64,000 nt of DNA from the human T2T-CHM13v2.0 reference genome, Homo sapiens. The notes under the pieces are model-generated. The model made no database searches and was not told the DNA's origin. It saw nothing but the letters and a program-made list of their open reading frames with translations. Location: the NCBI RefSeq assembly GCF_009914755.1, contig NC_060936.1; one strand, written 5' to 3'. This document shows positions 51,001 to 64,000 of the stretch, in pieces. Numbering within the stretch: the first letter of the stretch is position 1; each line of letters begins with the position of its first letter. Position numbers and translations under genes: made by a program.

Positions 51001-53480
51001 AGGTTCATTTATGTGCTTAAGGTATTCAAATGCCCAAACAATTATTGCTTCCTATTTATTTCATAAAGTAAAATCAGACTTAGGTGCCTAGATTTACCAT
51101 AAACCAAAAATTATGACCTGTAAATGTAGTTATAACAGATTATTTTCCAGTGAATGATATTTTCTGAAAAATGATATCTCATTGTCTATTTACCTATGGG
51201 AATATATTAAAGTTGGTGATTTTATTTTATTTTTCTAGAGGAAGCAGCATCTGCCATTCACAATATTGATATCACTGGTTTCCACCTGCCCAATTATAAG
51301 AGAAATAATACTTGTTTATCTGAGAGTGCCAAAAATATCTGGTTTATATTTGGGGAAATTGACCTAAACTTTGTGTGACACAAATATTTGAATATATATG
51401 CACATATAATTTAGTTTTGCTAAGCTTTAAAATATGAAATAGGCTTCTATGACAGCACATCAGTGTGAGTAGAGTTTAGATTTCTTCAGTGTTTATCAAT
51501 CAAAAAGTATAAAACTCAAAAAATATTGAGAGTGGGTTTATGTATATAACATACGAGAATCTGTTCACAGGGCTAGGTCCTTTGCTAGTATTCTCTTACT
51601 AGATTCTTAATACTTGGTAAGAAAAGAACCTAAGTTGTAACAAATGCACTCTGATAATATATATTTTATAGAATAAATATACATTATACTCTGTTGGAAT
51701 TAATAATAATAGATACAAGCAATAATTAAAAACTACAGTGCTAGAGTTCCTACACTTGCTTCTAACAAACTAAAAGTTGAGCTAAAATTGGTCCATTCTA
51801 TTAATGCATAATAAAATTCATGGAAACAAAAGAAAAAGCCGATTGCTTCTAGAACCTGAAGAAAATATAAATATAGTATGATACCTTGCGATTTTCAAGA
51901 GGAAAACAGGTTGAACTTGCAATTAACTGGAATTCCAATTCAGACAACTCAGCACTATGGATTGTGGAGCAGGTGAGGGTAAGGAGCAATGTGTAGGTTT
52001 CACTTTGAACTGATGCAGTTTGAATTATAGCCTAATGAGGGGTTTGCTAATATCTGGAAAAGCTATGGACCCAAGATTCACTCAATCTTGGCCCTGGTGA
52101 TTTATTTAAAAGTCATAGACTTTATTCTTCTTACACTGTTTCAGTTTGCAGACTAGAAAACCTCTCCCTCTGCACACTGAGAATTCCCACTGCAGTGAAT
52201 GGAAGGTCAATGTATGTAAAGCCCACGTGAGCAGTGGCGGTTCAAGCCCAGAGAAAGAAGGTGTTGAGTTGCCTTGGTAAAGAATTTATACACCATGTGT
52301 TCACAGCTTCTTGACAGGTATAATTATCAGTGTTGTCTTTTACTATGTGCTGGGATTCTGAAGCACGGTTTCAAATTTGTGACTATCGGATGTTTGATCA
52401 AGTAGCTTTCCCTCAAGGGCCTGAAAGAGAAAAAGAGTGAAGAGAAATCAGTGATTAGTATTCATTTGTCAACTACAATATGCTAAAAATATCAAAAGAG
52501 CATATGCTATGTGAGAACAGCAAGGATTATTTTGGGTGCTATCATTCATGCACCATCTTCTACATATGAAAAAATTCGTTTGATGTTTGCAAAGGAAGTA
52601 ATTATCAAATGAGGATGGAAAAGCCACAGTTGTTCCCTAAAATGAAATAAAGAACACCAGTTTGGAAACATTTCAAATGTAAAACATTTCCTTCTTCCAT
52701 TTCCAGATGATTCTATTTTTCCTCATGAAGGCAAAGAATAACCAACATTTATGTTACGACTCTTAGGGCTTTTAGTAGTGCTTTTGTTGAGGTAGAAGCC
52801 AGCAAAACCTCTCTCTGCTAGGCTGGGAGCACCAATATTCCTTCTCTGACGTGGACATTAAATCTGTCTCTCTTCATAAGGTCAGCCTGACACCACATGA
52901 AACAGAGTAGGCAATTACCTCTATGGTCAGAGTTTGGGGAGCAGTCTTGCCAGATACTACCCCCATACCTGCCACTCTTCCACTATTAGAGGGTCATTTC
53001 TTTCAGAGAGAACAGTGATTTTTACATCTTCGTTCTCAAAGCTGCAGATATTTTTATTTCAATGAATGCCAAGCACCATATTGAAAACAGATTTTAACAA
53101 AATTGTTCTGTTTACTTTGCGTCAACACTCTCCAGCTGTCATGCTTTAAAGAGATGTGCCCAACCTCCCCTGGGGCCTACTGAGTGGATTGAAAACCGTG
53201 CATAAACCCATTGTGTTTCCTCAGGAGTCACCAACGAGATATTATATAACAACACATAAGCATTAACATTTTAACTATTATAATATCATCATTCTGACTA
53301 CTACTTCTATCACTAATGAAAATTTATTGAGTGCTCACTAAGTGTCACATATTTTGCTAAGAGTTTCACATTTTTTTTTCATATTTAATCTCCACAACAG
53401 ACCATTTTACTGAATCTTAGATTGAATAACTTCCTAAAGGTCATTTAGCTACAAAGTGACCAGAGATCTAGACTGAGTTC

Positions 53481-53726
53481 TTTTTTTTTTTTTTTGAGTT
53501 GAAGTAAATCTTCACTTCCCAGACTCAAGCGATTCTTCTGCCTCAGCCTCCTGAGTAGCTGGGACTACAGGCATGTGCCACCACCTCCAGCTAATTTTTG
53601 TATTTTTAGTAGAGATGGGGTTTCCTCATGTGAGCCAGTCTGGTCTCAAACTCCTGACCGCAGGTAATCTGCCTGCCTTGGCCTCCAAAGTGCTGGGATT
53701 ACAGGTGTGAGCCACCGTGCCTGGCC
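53481..53726 (-). mobile_element. Alu SINE (AluS) with the right-arm end deleted
   Basis: Antisense Alu; CTGAGTTCT duplicated at both ends. Confidence 0.92.
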
Positions 53727-54252
53727 TAGAGGCTGAGTTCTTAATGAATTAAATGATAATATAACTACATGTCCTGAAGGAATGGGACTCAGAACAGGTG
53801 AATTTTAGTAAGTCTTGGATCTCTTCATCTATCCAGGGCAGGAGTCAGCCTGAGAGAGAGCACTGGGCATTCAACATGTGGGCCACTGACATACCTGTTG
53901 GGAAGAACCAGCTGCAACAAATGTTAGTATTGCCCTCAGTCATGATTTATAATTTAACTGATTAACAATTTATTTTTAAGAAAAGCTTCTTTTCCATATT
54001 AGTGTGTCTTGTTGATCAAATTGCCTACTAACTCTTAAAAGAGCCATTGTGGTAGGCAGAATAGTGCCTCCTCGTCCACTAAATGTTAAGTCCACATCCT
54101 AATCTCCATAAACTATAAATATGTTTGATTACATGATAAAGGGCAGTTAAGGTTGTAAATGAAATTAAGGTTGCTAAGAAGCCTATGTTAAAATAGGGAA
54201 ATAACCCTGGATTATTTAGTTCAATCCAATGTAATTAAAAGTGGAAGAGGGA

Positions 54253-55987
<1,735 letters not shown>

Positions 55988-56185
55988 AAAAGTGAAAGAG
56001 GGGGACAGAAAACAGCGTTGTGATGAAGGCAGAGGTCAGAGAAATGCAATGTGAGAAGGATTCCACTACCGCTACTCGTTTTGAAGATGGAGGAAGGGCC
56101 CAGGAAGCAATGAATTTTCCCCTAGAGCCTCCTAAAGCCCAGTAAAACTGTGTTGGACTTCTATCCTACAGAATTACAAGATATA

Positions 56186-58392
<2,207 letters not shown>

Positions 58393-58754
58393 CTACAGCA
58401 TTATAGGAAACAATAAATTTGTGTTATTTTAAGCTACTATATTTGTGGTAATTTTTATGGTAGCCATGGAAAGCTAATGCATCTTTGAGGATGAAGTAAT
58501 TTGAAGTATGGGGTACTATTTTAAAGGTAATCGATAAGGGTGATTTGGATAACTGCATAAGACTGAATCCCCAGACAGTTCACAAATATGTCTGTGAAGT
58601 GGGGTCAGGAAAAGTAAGGGTGGCAATATGAATAAGAGCAAGAGGCTTTAAAGCCCATGTTCCTGTGTTTGAATCGTGGCCCTATTACTTGTTATAATAG
58701 CTGTGAAATGTTAGGTACATTTAAAAAACTCCTATATGCTTCAGTTTCCACTTT

Positions 58755-59745
58755 ATTTTTAAATTTTTTTAATTTTTAATTTTTGTGGGTACATGATATA
58801 TATATTTATGGGGTCCATGAGATGTTTTGATACAGACATGCAATGTGTCATAATCACATCATGGAAAGTGGGGTATGCATCCTCTTAAGTATTTATCCTT
58901 TGTGTTACAAACAATCCAGTTGTACTCATTTAGTTATTTTTAAGGGTATAGCTAAATTATTATTGACTATAGTCACCCTGTTGTGCTGTCAAATACTAGG
59001 CCTTATGCATTCATTGTGTTTTTGTACCCGTTAACCATCCCCACCTCCCTCCCCACTCCTCCACTATCCTTCCCAGCCTCTGGTAACCATCCTTCTACCC
59101 TCTATCTCCATGGGCTCAATTGCTTTGATTTTTAGTTCCCACAAATAAGTGAGAATATGTGATGTTTGTCTTTCTGTGCTTGGCTTATTTCACTGAAAAT
59201 AATGATCTCCATGTTATTGCAAATTACTGAATTTTTTTTTTTTTTCTGAGACAGAGTCTTGATCTGCCATCAAGGCTGGAGTGCAGTGGCATGAACCTGG
59301 CTCACTGCAACCTCCAGCTCCTGTGTTCAAATGATTCTTGTGCCTCAGACTCCAAAGTAGCTGGGATTATAGGCGTGTGTCACCAGCTCTGGCTAATTTT
59401 TTTTTTTCTTTTTTTTGTATTTTTACTAGAGATGGGGTTTTGCCATGTTGGCCAGGCTGGTCTCAAACTCCTGGTCTCAAGTGATCCAGCCGCTTTGGCC
59501 TCCCAAAATATTGGGATTACAGGTGTGAGCCACCGTGCCTGGCATGAATCTCATTCTCTTTTATTGCTGAATAGTACTCCATTGTGTACAAGTACCACAT
59601 TTTCTTTATCCATTCATCTGTTGATGGACACTTAGGTTGCTTCTAAATCTTGGCTAATGTGAACAGAGCTGCAGCAAACATGGGAGTGCAGATATCTGCA
59701 GTGGGAACCTCCAAACTGTTCTCCATAGTGGTTGTACTAATTAGT
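58755..59745 (-). mobile_element. Short L1 3' fragment (L1MA-type) inserted in a MIR (58640-58750 and 59750-59875)
   Basis: TTTTGTGGGTACAT..TATTTATGGGGT 3' UTR; MIR core resumes on the right. Confidence 0.85.
59232..59543 (-). mobile_element. Alu SINE
   Basis: Full antisense dimer inside L1. Confidence 0.93.
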
Positions 59746-60365
59746 TTACTCTTTAAAACAAGATTAAACATAGTACCTAATCTGCATAAGGCTATTGTAA
59801 AGATTAAGTAATTTAATATATATGAGGCACTTAAAAGAGTTCTTGGCACACACTAATTGTTTAATAAGTGTTAGTCAGCTTTATGATTATTTCTGTCCGG
59901 TGTTCTGCTTGGAAACTCTGGGTTCCTTGCATTCGATTTTATTGGAGTCATCCCCTGGAACTTGGTTTTCTTAGTGACTAGGCGGATAGTTTTCGTAATA
60001 ATTCCCTGGATTAGATCATCAGGATCATGCATGTGGTAATGCTAGAAGAAGGTAGAGAAGGGTTTTAAAGGTAGGCAAAATAAAGAAAATGGGGGGTCTT
60101 TAGAGTGGGAGGAAAAAGAGATTTGGTGAGGCTACTGTCAAATGCCAGCAACTTTGTAAATTTAATAAGATACAGGCTGGTTTTGACTGGAATGAATTCT
60201 CCACCCTAGATCCAGCCATGGAGGTCAGGGACACGATTTTGGTCTTGACTTCCTCAGAATGTTGATATCTCCAGAGATATTCCTCTTTCTTCTTATTTTT
60301 ATTTTTTGAGAATCTGGGTGAAATATTATATACATGGAGTCACAATAAAAAACTGAGGTGCTTCA

Positions 60366-61049
<684 letters not shown>

Positions 61050-61808
61050 ACTCTTTCTCAAAAAAAGTGGGTATAGCACGAATAAAACCCGAATTCATAT
61101 TCTCTGTTAACATTTCTAGCATATTATTGTGCAGCAATAATTTTTTTACATTTTAGAAAATGTAATGTGTATCCTTCAATATTATCAAATATAGAAGTTA
61201 GGGGAAAAGACTATTGATTTTTACTTTAAGAGAGTTTACAATTAAAAGTAAGCATAAGAGAAAATTTCCTGCACAGTACTTGCATTAAATCTTTTTTCCA
61301 CTTGTATTCACTATTTACCATTGCCAGGTGCTTTATAACTTTTACCATCTCAGATAAAAAAACATATTATTTCTAATTTCAGAGTAGAAATTGCATTTCA
61401 TTTGATAAACAATAAGATAATATCAGACAAGTATTTTGATTTTACTTGGTTTTTGCTTGACTGGTTAAATTTTATAAAAACCTGAGATGCTTAAAGTCTA
61501 ATAGTTCAAATTAGCTTCAAACTTTTCTCAGAAGCAACTGTAGTAAGAATTAGCAAGTGTGACAATCCCATTTAGTCCTTAAAAATCAAATTAATTAAAA
61601 TGTAATTAAGAGCTAATGTAAGTCTCTTTGACTGAAGTCACCATAAAATCCATGAATGACATGACTTGGATGTATTTTATTTGTACCTGAAATGGTCACT
61701 ACAGTTTTATCTCAATGTGTGTGTATTGCAAGTGCCATCTTGGCAGGCACAAATACAAATTTCATGTTCACTTAAATCGAACTCTACTATATCTCATGCC
61801 AGAAATAA

Positions 61809-62203
<395 letters not shown>

Positions 62204-62639
62204 GAAGATGGAGATTTAATTAAGATGGATGGAACTGAGAAATGGAATTGAGTAATATGGCTGAGCAAATAATTCTGGCCAAGTCGTATACTTTTAAAGA
62301 TGATTGAATGAGCATAATATTGGAAGTCTTTAGTAAGACCTCAGAAATCTGAATAGGAACATATTTCTTTCAAAATACTTGCACAATTTTACTATGGACC
62401 AATGTGGCAAATCAATTAGGAGAATTGGTATAAGTCTATATTATCAAGGATGAGAGAAAAATGAGTTAGCAAAAAGAGTGTAAATGTTTAACTAAGGAAT
62501 AATGCGTTGTCATTACCACAAAAGAGATCTTTAAGAGTTCTAAAAGTACAAATGTAAAGTGGCTTTACATTTGGAATGGATAACAGAGAAGAAGGATGTG
62601 GACAAAATGACTCGTCCTTGTCTGTCTATAGACTTCTGT

Positions 62640-63320
62640 CTCAACTACATCATCCTAGACCAAGTCACCATATTTCCTGCCTGGACTACTACACATTAGC
62701 CTCCTAATTGGTCTCTGCTTCCACTCTCAGTCTGCAATAATCTATTCTCACAGCAGCCAGAGCAATCTTTTTAATAAATCCAACCATGTCTCTCCTGTGC
62801 TTAAAAACCTTTAGTGGCTTCCGGTGCAATAAAATCTAACTTCCCTCAGTGGCTCACAAAGCTCTCTGTGACCTGGTCCCCAGCTATCCTATTGACCCCA
62901 TAGCCACCACCACTGTTCTTCTGACTCACTATTCTCTAACTACTCGGGCTTTCTTTCTGTTCCTCAAACATGCCTGTCATAGAGCTACTGCATTGGCTAT
63001 TTCTTTCTCGTTTTAGTCTCTTTTCCTGGCTTCTTGTGATTTAGTCTCATCTGCAATGTTACCTCCTTTGAGAGATCTTCCCTGATCACACAGTCAAGTT
63101 GCTACCAAGCAGTTCTCTATTTAAACCCCCTATTTTTACTCTGCAAAGTACTGGTCCCAATAGGATATTTTTATTTACTTGTTTATTTGTATATTAACTA
63201 TCTCCTGCAACCAGAATGTAGGCATGAGGGCAAAAACTTTGCATTATTCATGCCATTTTTGCAGCTCATTAAACAGTGCCTCGCTTGTAACAGTGTCAAA
63301 TAAATAATGTGCAATAAATG
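62640..63320 (+). mobile_element. L2 LINE 3' portion
   Basis: TAGCCTCCTAATTGGTCTC, CACAGCAGCCAGAG, TTTCTGTTCCTCAAACATGCC. Confidence 0.8.
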
Positions 63321-63322
63321 TA

Positions 63323-63637
<315 letters not shown>

Positions 63638-63805
63638 CCCAATAAATGTATTTTTTAGGATAGAATGCAATTTTAGATAAAGATACTAAAATATGGTACA
63701 TATAATAAAAATAGCAGCCTATGAAAGATAGATAGATTGTTGAATTCCCAGGATTGTTGTAGGACAAATCCCTATCTTTTCCCCCCTTTTCTGTGTAGCT
63801 TCTTC

Positions 63806-64000
<195 letters not shown>

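Overview
This is AT-rich, repeat-dense primate (human-like; AluY, HERV-H and HERV-W LTR17 present) non-coding DNA. I found no convincing cellular protein-coding gene. Nearly all ORFs in the track are Alu, L1 or ERV read-through or short random frames. The centrepiece is an approximately 11 kb nested endogenous-retrovirus stack (35.8-47 kb). An old MER57-type ERV1 provirus hosts a MLT2A solo LTR, a complete two-LTR 5.77 kb HERV-H provirus on the minus strand and a HERV-W (LTR17) solo LTR. The HERV-H has LTR7 with the ACAAAAGA SOX motif, a perfect tRNA-His PBS, an intact leader splice donor and a TATA box kept only in the 5' LTR. The LTR17 sits back-to-back with the HERV-H promoter about 0.8 kb away. 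The rest is Alus, old L1s with internal deletions, L2/MIR, MaLR and ERV1/ERVL solo LTRs, and DNA transposons (MER20, MER75 piggyBac, Zaphod-like hAT). There are also several short locally templated insertions and fold-backs, and a few candidate minus-strand exons. Repeat family names come from recalled consensus sequences, not from a RepeatMasker run, and boundaries are approximate unless TSDs are given.
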